From the IMG/VR virus record IMGVR_UViG_3300022934_000003: DNA of 64,000 nt, one strand, 5' to 3'. Of this stretch, positions 16,834 to 26,546 are shown piece by piece. The first letter of the stretch is position 1. Every line of letters starts with the position of its first letter. Origin of the DNA: a virus. Under the pieces are notes generated by a model. It searched no databases, had not been told where the DNA came from, and saw only the letters and a program-made list of their open reading frames with translations. Both the position numbers and the translations under genes were made by a program.

Positions 16834-19146
16834 TTAAATTGTACAACTATCGCAGTGTGAATCATCTTCTTCCCCAGTTGGAAGATCTGTTAATTGATCA
16901 GTATCAATTTCACCTTGACCATCATATGTATTAAAATAATATAATTGCTTACCACCATACTTATAAAACATAAGTAAATGCTGTAATAATATACTCATTG
17001 GAATCTTTTCGTCTTCAAAGTAAGTAGGATTATAACTTGTATTAACACTAATACCTTGATCGATATACTTTTGCAATACTGCCATAATTTTAATATATCC
17101 TTCAGGTGACTTTTGATCCCATAATAAATCATATTTATTTTTTAGATGTCTATACTCTGGAACAACTTGCTTAAGAACGCCATGTTTAGATTGTTTAACA
17201 GAAATAAGAGAACGTGGTGGTTCAATACCGTTTGTTGCATTAGCAATTTGAGCAGACGTTTCTGCAGGCATAAGAGCCATTAGTGTAGAATTACGAATAC
17301 CAGTTTTCTTTAATTGTTTACGTAATTGTTTCCAAGGCATACGTTCTTTATGCGGAATCAATTCATCTAAATCTTTTTTATATGTCATATTTGGAGTAAT
17401 ACCATGTCCATATTTAGTTTGCATTAATCCAGGAATAGCTCCTTGCTCTTCTGCCAGATCTGCCGAAGCTTTAATAAGATAATATGACCAAGCTTCTGCC
17501 CATTCATCTACTATCTGTAGGCCTTCAGAATCAATATCCTGATAGTTTAATCCTTGCTTGGCTAACCAATAGGCAAAGTTAATAATCCCTACTCCAATAG
17601 GTCTACGTTTTTCTGTGGACATTTGAGCAGCAATTACTGGATAATTTTGATAACTTAATAGAGCATCAAGACCACGTACTGCTAAACAACATGCTTTTTC
17701 AAAATCTTCGGGATGTTTAATATTACCCCAGTTGATTGCTGATAAAGTACATAAAGAGATTTCGCCTGATGCATCATTAGCACTATTTAATGGTTTTGTT
17801 GGTAAATCAATTTCTGCACATAAATTTGATTGGCGAATTGGAGCAACTTCTGGTAAAAAACTTCCGTGTTCATTTGCATTATCTACGTTTTGCAAATATA
17901 TACGTCCGGTATTTTTACGCTCTTCCATAAATGTAGAAAACAATTCAATTGCTTTAACACGCTTTCTGCGAATATGAGTATTACGTTCTGCTGTTTCATA
18001 CAATTCACGGAATTTATCTTGATCAGAATAAAATGCATCATATAATCCAGGAACATCTGATGGAGAAAATAATGTAATCTTTTTACCTTCAATCAGTCGT
18101 TCATAAAAGAGTTTATTAAATTGTACTCCATAATCCATATGACGCACACGATTGTCTTCAGTACCTTTATTATTTTTTAATACAAGAAGATCTTCTACTT
18201 CATAATGCCAAATAGGATAATAGATTGTAGCAGCACCACCTCTAACACCACCTTGTGAGCACGATTTCGTGGCTGCCTGAAACATTTTATAAAAAGGTAT
18301 AATACCAGTATGATAAGCATCACCTTTACGAATAGGTGAACCTATGGCACGGATTTTACCACCACCAATACCAATACCAGCTTTTTGACTTACATATTTG
18401 ACAATACTACTTGAAGTAGCATTAATACTGTCGAGACTATCGTCACTTTCAATAAGAACACAACTTGAGAATTGGCGCATCGGTGTTCTAACACCTGCCA
18501 TAACAGGAGTAGGTAAAGAGATATCGTGAAGACTAATAGCATCATAGTAATCTTTAACGTATTGTAAACGTTCCTCTTCTGGATAATTATGGAATAGAGT
18601 AGCAGCGATAAGCATATAACACATTTGTGGTGTTTCAAAAATTTCGCCAGTTACTCTGTTTTGAACTAAATACTTACCTCGCAATTGTTCCATTGCAACA
18701 TAAGTCAAGTTTTCGTCTCTGTCGTGTTTAATATAATGTTCTAATTTAGCCCATTCAAAATCGGAATAATAGGTAATTAATTCAGGATCGTAAAAACCTC
18801 TTTCAATATTTTTTTCAACAAGTTCTTTGATAGTACAAGGCTTAAAAGAACCATATACTTCTTTACGTAAGTTATAATTAATTAATCGACCACCGACAAA
18901 TTGATAATTTGGTGTATCTTCTGATATCAAATCTGCTGCTGCTTTAACGAGGGTCTCCTGAATTTCAGAAGTTTTCATGCCCTCAAAGAATTGGATTTGA
19001 CTATTGATTTCCACTTCACTTGGACTAACACCTGTGATACCATCACAAGCATAAAATACTACTTTATGTAGTTTCTCAACGTCGAGCTCTTCTTTTCGCC
19101 CGTCACGTTTAGTAACTTGAATCATACCTATACTTCCCTTTTTCAA
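16834..19146 (-). CDS. nrdA: class Ia ribonucleotide reductase alpha subunit (likely start MIQVTKRDG)
   Basis: ATP cone, QFSSC, SNLCAEI, MPAETS, LYY, C-terminal CDSC. Confidence 0.98.
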   Translation of the reverse strand: MKKGSIGMIQVTKRDGRKEELDVEKLHKVVFYACDGITGVSPSEVEINSQIQFFEGMKTSEIQETLVKAAADLISEDTPNYQFVGGRLINYNLRKEVYGSFKPCTIKELVEKNIERGFYDPELITYYSDFEWAKLEHYIKHDRDENLTYVAMEQLRGKYLVQNRVTGEIFETPQMCYMLIAATLFHNYPEEERLQYVKDYYDAISLHDISLPTPVMAGVRTPMRQFSSCVLIESDDSLDSINATSSSIVKYVSQKAGIGIGGGKIRAIGSPIRKGDAYHTGIIPFYKMFQAATKSCSQGGVRGGAATIYYPIWHYEVEDLLVLKNNKGTEDNRVRHMDYGVQFNKLFYERLIEGKKITLFSPSDVPGLYDAFYSDQDKFRELYETAERNTHIRRKRVKAIELFSTFMEERKNTGRIYLQNVDNANEHGSFLPEVAPIRQSNLCAEIDLPTKPLNSANDASGEISLCTLSAINWGNIKHPEDFEKACCLAVRGLDALLSYQNYPVIAAQMSTEKRRPIGVGIINFAYWLAKQGLNYQDIDSEGLQIVDEWAEAWSYYLIKASADLAEEQGAIPGLMQTKYGHGITPNMTYKKDLDELIPHKERMPWKQLRKQLKKTGIRNSTLMALMPAETSAQIANATNGIEPPRSLISVKQSKHGVLKQVVPEYRHLKNKYDLLWDQKSPEGYIKIMAVLQKYIDQGISVNTSYNPTYFEDEKIPMSILLQHLLMFYKYGGKQLYYFNTYDGQGEIDTDQLTDLPTGEEDDSHCDSCTI

Positions 19147-19168
19147 ATAATATAATCATTGGTAAGAA

Positions 19169-19176
19169 TATTTATA
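19169..19176 (-). promoter_or_regulatory. T4 late promoter TATAAATA overlapping thyX stop
   Basis: tatttata. Confidence 0.65.
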
Positions 19177-19867
19177 CATCATATTTTACAAAATCATCAA
19201 TTGTAGGATATATTTTTGTAATTGCTTTACCAATTTCACGCGCTAGTTCCATATGTTCTTTTTGTGTACCATTAGATGAACGAAGCTCAACATAATGAAT
19301 CCAAGAACGAATAGTACCATTAACATATAATTTACTAACGGTATTTCCTTCTGGAAGTACTGCTCTTGCCTGTTCTTTAGCAATTCCATTATTAATTGCC
19401 CAGTCATAGACTGATTTTGTGTAAGCAATTACATTTTCTTGATGTTGTTGCCATGTTATTGCCAAGTCATGACCATTTTCATCTTTTGTTCCTTCAGGAA
19501 CTTCTATACTGTTTTGTCGATTCTTCTCATCTTGCATTCTTGCTTCACGAATAACGAATGACTCATCCATATCTTGAGGATTTGCATATCGTTGACTAAA
19601 CTCTTGGAAAGAAAAAGATCTATGGCGCAATAATTGTCTTGCAATATCTCGTGTAGTCTCTACTTCTATACAAGCTGAAGCCATTTCAAATGGAGACCAA
19701 TGTTTATGTTTAATAAGATAACTTAAAAGTTTTGATGCTGTTTCCGAATTAAGTTGATTAGATGGATTTGAAACTCTTGCAGCATAAGCAATGAGATCTT
19801 CTGGTGTTTCAAGCCCAATAAATTCGTCAGGCGTTGGTTGTGAATATGATATAAGTCTTACTTTCAA
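19172..19867 (-). CDS. thyX: flavin-dependent thymidylate synthase
   Basis: HWSPFE, RHRSFSFQEFSQRY, AKEQARAVLP, TQKEH. Confidence 0.97.
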   Translation of the reverse strand: MKVRLISYSQPTPDEFIGLETPEDLIAYAARVSNPSNQLNSETASKLLSYLIKHKHWSPFEMASACIEVETTRDIARQLLRHRSFSFQEFSQRYANPQDMDESFVIREARMQDEKNRQNSIEVPEGTKDENGHDLAITWQQHQENVIAYTKSVYDWAINNGIAKEQARAVLPEGNTVSKLYVNGTIRSWIHYVELRSSNGTQKEHMELAREIGKAITKIYPTIDDFVKYDV

Positions 19868-19876
19868 TTTTTTCTC

Positions 19877-20893
19877 CTATGTTCTTTTCCATTCAGCGAA
19901 TTTTAATTCAGCCTGAAGTCCTGTATATGTATTGTCATTAATAAGTTTTTCAACATCTTGAACGCCATTTAAGTACATATCATTTATGTCCTTGGCGGGG
20001 ACGTCGTTGGGCCAGATGCATATCTTGTGGCCATTCTTAATAACTTTTTCCATTCTTTTATGTATCTCTTTATTTCTTGGTTCCGCATCAAATACGAAGA
20101 CTGCGTTCTCGAGATGTTTAATATCAGTAGTTGTACCTTCTGCTCCATTCATTGAAATAGCATTAGAAAGAAACATACTATCAAGAGCACCTTCAACTAT
20201 GTAATATTTCTTATTAAAATCAACTTTATCTAATCCAAAAATTTTTTGTCTTTCATCAAACATAATAGTAATGTATCGTATTCCTTTTGGATTAAATCCT
20301 CGTGCAGAAACACCGTATACATTATTTTCTTTATCAACAAAAGGTATTACAAGTCTTGCCTCATCTTTATCTAAATTATCAAATTTATCTGGTATAATTG
20401 AATTAATCCATGTCTTAAACTTTGGAGCAAAAAACATTCGATAATGTTGATTAGACGGTATTTTTCTTTTTACTACGTATTTTTTTACTGGATGGTCAAA
20501 AGATAATTGACTAACTTTTTTTAATGTTTTAAGAGGATTTGCTTTGAAGGTAGGTGCTTTTGTTTTAAATTGCTCTATATCAGTATTTGCAGCTTCTGTT
20601 TTGTTATTCGCATTATTAACAAACTTTTCTGCAATATAATCATTATAAAGTAAAGGATCTAAACTTTTTAAGAAGAAATTAAACCCTTGGCTTGCACCGC
20701 AATTATGACAATAATATGTAAACTTATTATCTCTTTCTAAAAGCCAACCACGAGCCTTAGTGCGTGACTTTTTTGAATCACCACATACAGGACATCTGAA
20801 ATTGATTTTATAAGGATTTGTGTGTTTTATTTTGAATTGCTCAAGTCTACCAGACAGCATTTGAGCATACTGAACATCAACAAAATCAATCAT
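19877..20893 (-). CDS. 61: DNA primase (T4 gp61)
   Basis: RCPVCGDS...CHNCG zinc ribbon, EGALDS, DAEPRN, KDIND. Confidence 0.95.
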   Translation of the reverse strand: MIDFVDVQYAQMLSGRLEQFKIKHTNPYKINFRCPVCGDSKKSRTKARGWLLERDNKFTYYCHNCGASQGFNFFLKSLDPLLYNDYIAEKFVNNANNKTEAANTDIEQFKTKAPTFKANPLKTLKKVSQLSFDHPVKKYVVKRKIPSNQHYRMFFAPKFKTWINSIIPDKFDNLDKDEARLVIPFVDKENNVYGVSARGFNPKGIRYITIMFDERQKIFGLDKVDFNKKYYIVEGALDSMFLSNAISMNGAEGTTTDIKHLENAVFVFDAEPRNKEIHKRMEKVIKNGHKICIWPNDVPAKDINDMYLNGVQDVEKLINDNTYTGLQAELKFAEWKRT

Positions 20894-20922
20894 TGCTTTT
20901 CCACTTTGTACATTATTTAAAT

Positions 20923-20951
20923 ATTATAATCTAATTACTAGAAAATGTCAA
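20923..20951 (-). promoter_or_regulatory. sigma70-type promoter for primase-thyX-nrd genes
   Basis: tgtcaa 20946-20951, attata 20923-20928, 17-bp spacer. Confidence 0.85.
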
Positions 20952-20954
20952 CTA

Positions 20955-21431
20955 TTATTTGAATATTTCCATACTATGAGTAACTAGCCAAACAACACCA
21001 AGACCAATACCCATTATCCACCATTTCCAATTTTCTAATTCAGATACTCGGCTTTCTATTTTACCAATGCGCGAATCTAATTGGCCGTTCATTTTAGAAA
21101 GTTCAGACATTATTTCTTGATTTCTTAAAATTCTATCTTGACGGCTAGAGTCTGCAAGAATTTGATGATCTTCTCTTGATGATTTGCGATATTCTTCTAA
21201 CCGCTCGTTAATATCATGAGCTCTTTGCTCATCTCTTTCAATATGAGATTGTTGTCTTTCATCCATCTCATCCATTCTCTCAGTAGCATTTTTAACTTGC
21301 TCGGTTAAAACTGCAACGGTTGTAGATAAATCGGCCAGGTTTTGCATGCCTTTTTCTACTCTACCAAATAATGTTTTGACGGCTTTTAAGTCTTTTTGAA
21401 TTAATGCTAATTCAGTATCTTTATCTGACAT
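20955..21431 (-). CDS. coiled-coil protein with C-terminal TM helix (XhlA/holin-like architecture)
   Basis: heptad pattern, LENWKWWIMGIGLGVVWLV. Confidence 0.6.
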   Translation of the reverse strand: MSDKDTELALIQKDLKAVKTLFGRVEKGMQNLADLSTTVAVLTEQVKNATERMDEMDERQQSHIERDEQRAHDINERLEEYRKSSREDHQILADSSRQDRILRNQEIMSELSKMNGQLDSRIGKIESRVSELENWKWWIMGIGLGVVWLVTHSMEIFK

Positions 21432-21479
21432 TTATAATCCTTTTATTTAATAATAGGAGAAGAATGTCATAATATTAAG

Positions 21480-21516
21480 TAGAACCTGGCCATAATTTTT
21501 ATAGCCAGAAATTCTA
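21480..21516 (-). other. intergenic RNA hairpin (~16 bp including G-U pairs)
   Basis: TAGAA-TT-TCTGGCTATAA-AAA-TTATGGCCAGG-TTCTA on minus strand; no U-tract. Confidence 0.5.
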
Positions 21517-21532
21517 TAGAGTGAAGGGACGA

Positions 21533-21805
21533 TTACTTATCTTCGTCTTCGTCTTCGTCCTCGTCTTCATCATCTTCGTCTTCGTCGTCATCACAATCTT
21601 TTGCTTCGTCTAGATCTTCAGTCGCTTCTGAATCTTCAACGTCAGCATCTTCTGTGACTTCTTCTTCAGCATCTCCTGCTTGCATTTCAGCTACTTTAGC
21701 TTCTAATGCTGCTTGAATGCGCTCTTCGATAGCTTCCTCGAAAGCTTCTTTCATTTCTAGTGGGCGGCCTGCCATCGCTTCCGCTACAATTTTCTCTAAA
21801 GACAT
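21533..21805 (-). CDS. acidic prohead core protein (gp67-like)
   Basis: N-terminal helix (EMKEAFEEAIEERI) followed by D/E-rich tail; late promoter upstream. Confidence 0.6.
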   Translation of the reverse strand: MSLEKIVAEAMAGRPLEMKEAFEEAIEERIQAALEAKVAEMQAGDAEEEVTEDADVEDSEATEDLDEAKDCDDDEDEDDEDEDEDEDEDK

Positions 21806-21842
21806 GGTTGGTCTCCTTATTAAAATTAATATATTGTGTATT

Positions 21843-21850
21843 TATTTATA
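21843..21850 (-). promoter_or_regulatory. T4 late promoter TATAAATA
   Basis: tatttata, intergenic. Confidence 0.75.
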
Positions 21851-21851
21851 A

Positions 21852-22181
21852 TTATCCAAACATCTTAGCTTGGGTTTCTTCATCTACAATACCTGTTACT
21901 TTCAAACCATTTTCTCTTTGAAAATGTTGTACTGCAACTTGTGTAGCAAAACCAAATCCATCTTCATCAATTCCAAGGATTTTTTGCATTTTATCTACAT
22001 CTGTACCAGAATCATTTCTTTTCATTACTCTGGTTTTAATTTTAGGTGCGGCTTTAGGTGCTGCTTTTTTCTTAGTAGCAGTTTTTGCTCCAGATGTTTT
22101 AGGAACCTTAACACTTTTAATATCATCTGCAACTTCTTTTAATTTTGAACCTAATTTCTTTTTTAATTTACCTTTTGCCAT
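21852..22181 (-). CDS. Lys-rich protein with a peptidoglycan-binding (PG_binding_1-like) domain
   Basis: DSGTDVDKMQKILG..DGFGFATQVAVQHFQRENGLKVTGIVD. Confidence 0.8.
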   Translation of the reverse strand: MAKGKLKKKLGSKLKEVADDIKSVKVPKTSGAKTATKKKAAPKAAPKIKTRVMKRNDSGTDVDKMQKILGIDEDGFGFATQVAVQHFQRENGLKVTGIVDEETQAKMFG

Positions 22182-22198
22182 TTTTTACTCCTATTATA

Positions 22199-22783
22199 TC
22201 ACACTAATTGAGTATTGTCAACTCTTTTTAGCATGTCTGATAGACTTTTCTTTTTACTTTTGTTTTTAGAAGTCCATCGTTTTTGTGCTGCTTTTGACAT
22301 ATGAGTTCCATCCATGCCAGCAATTTCACCACCACCAACATTATTAGTTGGCTCTTCTTCTAATTCTGGTTTAACTTCAACTTTCTTTTTGGGATTATGC
22401 TCTTCAGCAAGGCCTAGATAATACGAATATTCTTCAATAAATTTAGTTAAAGATTTTTTAATGTCTTCTTCACTAAAATCTTCTGTTAATAAACTATCTT
22501 CATCAGAAAAATGCTTATATTCTTTAATTAAAAATAATGCTGCTGCATAAGAAGCTAAACGAGATTTACCTCCTGGTATTTTACCCAGAAGTTTTTTAAG
22601 ATTAGCAATCATAATATCAAAGATTCCCCAAGCTTTATTTTGAGACCCTTTAGTAAAGTTTTTTCTTTTAATAAGAACTTTACCATTTTTATCTATGATA
22701 CCTTCTTTATACGCATCCCATTTTTCAAATGGCGTAGCTAAACGTCGTATAAATTGATAAACTAAAAATAAATCTACTACCAT
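22199..22783 (-). CDS. conserved T4-like late/virion protein
   Basis: RLATPFEKWDAYKEGIID..G, ASYAAALFLIKE, PTNNVGGG. Confidence 0.75.
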   Translation of the reverse strand: MVVDLFLVYQFIRRLATPFEKWDAYKEGIIDKNGKVLIKRKNFTKGSQNKAWGIFDIMIANLKKLLGKIPGGKSRLASYAAALFLIKEYKHFSDEDSLLTEDFSEEDIKKSLTKFIEEYSYYLGLAEEHNPKKKVEVKPELEEEPTNNVGGGEIAGMDGTHMSKAAQKRWTSKNKSKKKSLSDMLKRVDNTQLV

Positions 22784-23157
22784 TAAAGTTTCCTAAGCGT
22801 TATTGATATATGAGCATCTGACATTATATCATTTCTACTAATTTTTTTATCTTCGTAGATAACATAATCCGGCATACGATTTAAATAAACAACAAACGGT
22901 TTTAAATACGTATGATATTCATGCAATCGCATAAACAGCATATTTGTTGCTGCATTTCCAAATACATTGTATATAATAATCAAATGATTAAGAATTAACC
23001 TTTCTTTTAAATCATTATCTTGTCTATATCTTCCAAATAATTTGCGTAAATACTGAAACCTTTTTAAATCCTCTTCAAACTCTGCTATATCAGAGCAATG
23101 AGGATTATCATAATGTTTCGATGCAAATAACAGAAAGGTTGATTCTGTCAATATCAT
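22783..23157 (-). CDS. conserved T4-like hypothetical protein
   Basis: FLLFASKHYDNPHC..EFEEDL, ERLILNH. Confidence 0.75.
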   Translation of the reverse strand: MILTESTFLLFASKHYDNPHCSDIAEFEEDLKRFQYLRKLFGRYRQDNDLKERLILNHLIIIYNVFGNAATNMLFMRLHEYHTYLKPFVVYLNRMPDYVIYEDKKISRNDIMSDAHISITLRKL

Positions 23158-23175
23158 AATAATAAAAGCTTAAGT

Positions 23176-23493
23176 TTAACTATCAGCTACAATTGTATCT
23201 TCAACAGCTGTATTACCCGTAACACCAGCGTCACCAGCATCGCCAGAAGAAACTTTCATTGCTACTAATGGCTCAACAATATGACGAGTATTACCAGACT
23301 CGGTTGTATATGTGTTATACAAATTCCAACCTGGAGTCTTAATACCTTTAGCACGGTTACTAGCAATACCTGCTTCTGTTGTATCTACAAAAATAGCATT
23401 ATCTCTGTCGTTAGATTTGTTTGGATTATTAGCGTCAGTGCTTAAATACTTAGGTGCATCATCTGCTGAATCCGTTTTTCCCCAAAGTGCCAT
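23176..23493 (-). CDS. putative virion structural protein
   Basis: MALWG..D, GIKTPGW, EPLVAM; AATAAATA at 23524-23531. Confidence 0.7.
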   Translation of the reverse strand: MALWGKTDSADDAPKYLSTDANNPNKSNDRDNAIFVDTTEAGIASNRAKGIKTPGWNLYNTYTTESGNTRHIVEPLVAMKVSSGDAGDAGVTGNTAVEDTIVADS

Positions 23494-23537
23494 TTCCTTC
23501 TCCTTTTATTTAATGACTATTATTATTTATTTAATAA

Positions 23538-25376
23538 TTAAAATTGTACAGTTAAATCAATCGGCGTAGCAGTTTTCGCTGGAGTCGATAGATCTTTTTT
23601 AGAATAGCTTTTTCTTAAAACTGTTCCTTTTTTAGCAGTACTAGGCTTTGTAGTATTTGTGGTTGATTTAGAACCAGATGTAGCATTAGTTGCGCCACCT
23701 GTAGGATTCGGTCCTGCCTCTTTCATGTGCTTCTTTTTACTTCCACAACTACTTTCAGTTCTAATTGCTGCTCTAGCTGATGCAACATTACGTCTTGCAT
23801 TTCTCAATGCTAATCTAGCTTTTGTTTGAGCATTTCTAGCTTTTTTTAATCTTGCAACATCTTTTACTTGATTTTGTAATGACTTAGCTTTTTTCTCAGC
23901 GGCATCTGCTCTTTTATCTGCAGTCATACGGCCAGCGCTTTTCATTGCTTGACCAATCATTTCATCAAGTTGCTCATCATTAAAGTTATTAAGATCTTCT
24001 AAAGTAAGAGTATTTTCAGAAATATAATTTAAAAATATTTCTTTATAATCTTCTTTATTTAATCTTTTATCAGCCATTTTCATGCCTTTGATTCTCTTGT
24101 CTAGTCTCTTAACAGAACCTTGACCGCCAATCATATTAGTAACAGCATCTGATGTTGCTTTCTTCTTATATGACTTCAAAGTTTCTTGTGAAATCTCATC
24201 GAGCTCTACTTCTTCAGTATAAGGCATAGTTGCTTCGTTAGTGTCTGATTTGTTTTTAAGATAATCACGAACACCATCAATGTAGTCAGATGCTTTAGTC
24301 ATTTTAGATTGCACCCACTCAGGTAGATTATCGTCTTTACCGATTATACCTTTTAATTCTTTTGCAGCATCCATGATTTTATTGATTTGAGTTTGTGCCA
24401 TACCACCCTCATCATCATACTCACCTTTATCCTGTGGATCTACTGCTTCACGCACACCAGGTCCGCGCTTATAGTGTTGTTTAATTTGAGCATCTAGTTC
24501 TGCGTGTTTTTTATGATCACCCATTCTCTTAGCTCTATTTCTAGCTCTTTCTAACTTTTCAGATTTATTAACCCAATCAGCATCATGAGGACCACCTGTA
24601 TATCCTTCGCTCTGTGTTTTATTTGATAGTTCTTTTATAGTCTTTTTCTTTTTAGGTGTTACGCCTGGACCATCATCATATCTATTTGGATCTACACCTG
24701 GACCATCATCATATCTATTTGGATCTTTTGATTCATTAGCCATTGCTTTTTTAGCATCAGCTTCTGCTTTTTTCTCAGCCGCTTTTCTTTTTGCTTCTTT
24801 TTCCATAGCAATTTTTTGAGCTACTGCTCTAATTACGTCAACTCTGTTTTCTGCTGATTCATTTTTTGGTACACAGTTCGGAACTTTCTTACCATTCTTA
24901 TCTTTCATGCCCACCATTTCATGACTATCCCAACAAGGATCTTCGCCTTTCATTTTCTTAGCTTCTTCAACGTTTGATTCATTTTTCTTTTTATTATCAG
25001 GATGTCCTTTACCACCATCTTTACGAGATGCCCATACTGCTTTTTGTTGAGCATATGACTTATAACTTTCATTTTTTTCTGCATCTAGCTTAGCTGCAAT
25101 AGCCATTTGGCGTTTCTTTTCTTTGGACTTACCTTTAAATTGAGGTGCATCAGAGTCTTGGAAATCATCAATCCACTTACCCATATCATCAGAAGCTTTT
25201 AATTTTTCACCTATTTGTTGTGTTACTGCTTGACGGCGGTTATGTAAATATTTGTCAGTATCGTTAACTTTACCGTCATTATTAATATCTTGGTCTTTAC
25301 GCTCTTTATGTTTCTTTTTAAGAGCCGCTTTATTAACCGGATCCATAGCTTCTTTAAAACTGTTAAATGATTTCAT
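23538..25376 (-). CDS. putative internal head (poly)protein with capsid-targeting-like N-terminus
   Basis: MKSFNSFKEA; modules DINNDGKV, FQDSDAPQFKGKS, DPCW..GMK..VPNCVP, LPEWVQSK, LDEISQETLKSY separated by xxE sites; late promoter. Confidence 0.65.
   Translation of the reverse strand: MKSFNSFKEAMDPVNKAALKKKHKERKDQDINNDGKVNDTDKYLHNRRQAVTQQIGEKLKASDDMGKWIDDFQDSDAPQFKGKSKEKKRQMAIAAKLDAEKNESYKSYAQQKAVWASRKDGGKGHPDNKKKNESNVEEAKKMKGEDPCWDSHEMVGMKDKNGKKVPNCVPKNESAENRVDVIRAVAQKIAMEKEAKRKAAEKKAEADAKKAMANESKDPNRYDDGPGVDPNRYDDGPGVTPKKKKTIKELSNKTQSEGYTGGPHDADWVNKSEKLERARNRAKRMGDHKKHAELDAQIKQHYKRGPGVREAVDPQDKGEYDDEGGMAQTQINKIMDAAKELKGIIGKDDNLPEWVQSKMTKASDYIDGVRDYLKNKSDTNEATMPYTEEVELDEISQETLKSYKKKATSDAVTNMIGGQGSVKRLDKRIKGMKMADKRLNKEDYKEIFLNYISENTLTLEDLNNFNDEQLDEMIGQAMKSAGRMTADKRADAAEKKAKSLQNQVKDVARLKKARNAQTKARLALRNARRNVASARAAIRTESSCGSKKKHMKEAGPNPTGGATNATSGSKSTTNTTKPSTAKKGTVLRKSYSKKDLSTPAKTATPIDLTVQF
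24664..24726. repeat. exact 30-bp direct repeat, 33-bp period (DPNRYDDGPGV x2)
   Basis: cctggaccatcatcatatctatttggatct at 24664-24693 and 24697-24726. Confidence 0.95.
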
Positions 25377-25404
25377 TTTTAACCCTTTGAATATTGTTTT
25401 GATA

Positions 25405-25412
25405 TATTTATA
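25405..25412 (-). promoter_or_regulatory. T4 late promoter TATAAATA
   Basis: tatttata, intergenic. Confidence 0.75.
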
Positions 25413-26546
25413 TTACTTATATCTTGTGTTTCTATTTAAAACCGCATTGAACTCTTTTGGAGTAATGCCTGCTAAATCTGCTGCAGTATTTTTTAAATAA
25501 TTATCTAACATACCTGGCATTAATCTTGCACCTCTACCCAATCCATGTTTATTAATCCATTTTTCTGGTCCACCAGAACTTCTAACATCTTTTTTCATTT
25601 TTCTATATTGAGTAACAGCAAATTTATATTTGTCTTTATTAACCATGCGTTTTAAATCATGGAAACGTTTTTTACCTATTGCAATCTTTGCAATATCTTT
25701 GAGCAAGTCTTTTGCAATACCTTCTTGTAATAATTCGTCATTTGTAGAAGGTTTAGTAATTTTTACTTTTTTACCGTTTTCACCTGGAGTATCTGCTTTA
25801 AAATTACTTACTAATTCGTCTGTCCCTCTATCACCTGCTCCATGCTCTTCTTTTTTCATTCTTGCTGCAGTAATCCAAGCTTTTGCTTGTGGCATGCGAG
25901 GTTCTTTTTTAGCCCAAGCAGAAATCTTTCTATATACTGGTAATGTGGCTTGTCTAATATCTGTTCCTTCATTATTATCAACAATATACATTTGGCCTTT
26001 AAATAAGTTTTGGAATTTACCGATGTTCTTTTGCACATCTTTCCACATTTTACTTACCATTGGTTTTCCAAGTGTACGGCCACCAGGTCCTTTACCTCGT
26101 TCTATATCTCTATTGATTGCTGTTTCAAGATCAGTATTAACAAAGATCATAGCGCATTCATAACCCATTCTTCTAAATGCTACTACTTGACTTTTAATTT
26201 TATTATAATCTTTACCAGTACCATCGATTAAAAGACCAAGACGGCCTTCTAAAGCAAGTTTCTTTTGAGTACCTACAACATTATTTGCAAGTTTACGGAT
26301 TTGTTGACCTTTATCTGAAAAAACTTCGTTTGGTTTAGAAGTATCTAAACCGGCATCTTTCATCATTTTTTCAAATGCTGGATCAATATTAATTACTTTA
26401 AAACCTAATGGAACAAGACCAGCCATATGAGCAGTAAATGACTTACCACTACCTGGACCTCCCGCCGTAAAGACTACTTTAAAAATAGCAGGATCGTTAA
26501 CACCTTCCTCTAAGGTTTCGCCGTGGTGTTTTTTAAAAGAAATCAT
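25413..26546 (-). CDS. P-loop kinase (zeta-toxin/AAA_33-like) with capsid-targeting-like N-terminus
   Basis: AGGPGSGKS, LLIDGTG, FVNTDLETAINR; MISFKKH...LEEG. Confidence 0.7.
   Translation of the reverse strand: MISFKKHHGETLEEGVNDPAIFKVVFTAGGPGSGKSFTAHMAGLVPLGFKVINIDPAFEKMMKDAGLDTSKPNEVFSDKGQQIRKLANNVVGTQKKLALEGRLGLLIDGTGKDYNKIKSQVVAFRRMGYECAMIFVNTDLETAINRDIERGKGPGGRTLGKPMVSKMWKDVQKNIGKFQNLFKGQMYIVDNNEGTDIRQATLPVYRKISAWAKKEPRMPQAKAWITAARMKKEEHGAGDRGTDELVSNFKADTPGENGKKVKITKPSTNDELLQEGIAKDLLKDIAKIAIGKKRFHDLKRMVNKDKYKFAVTQYRKMKKDVRSSGGPEKWINKHGLGRGARLMPGMLDNYLKNTAADLAGITPKEFNAVLNRNTRYK

Noticed and set aside
15697-19867. Introns or inteins in nrdA, nrdB, thyX
   Set aside because: ORFs are continuous and of normal length
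21538-21600. (tcttcg/tcatcg)n simple repeat
   Set aside because: Encodes the Asp/Glu tail of the gp67-like protein
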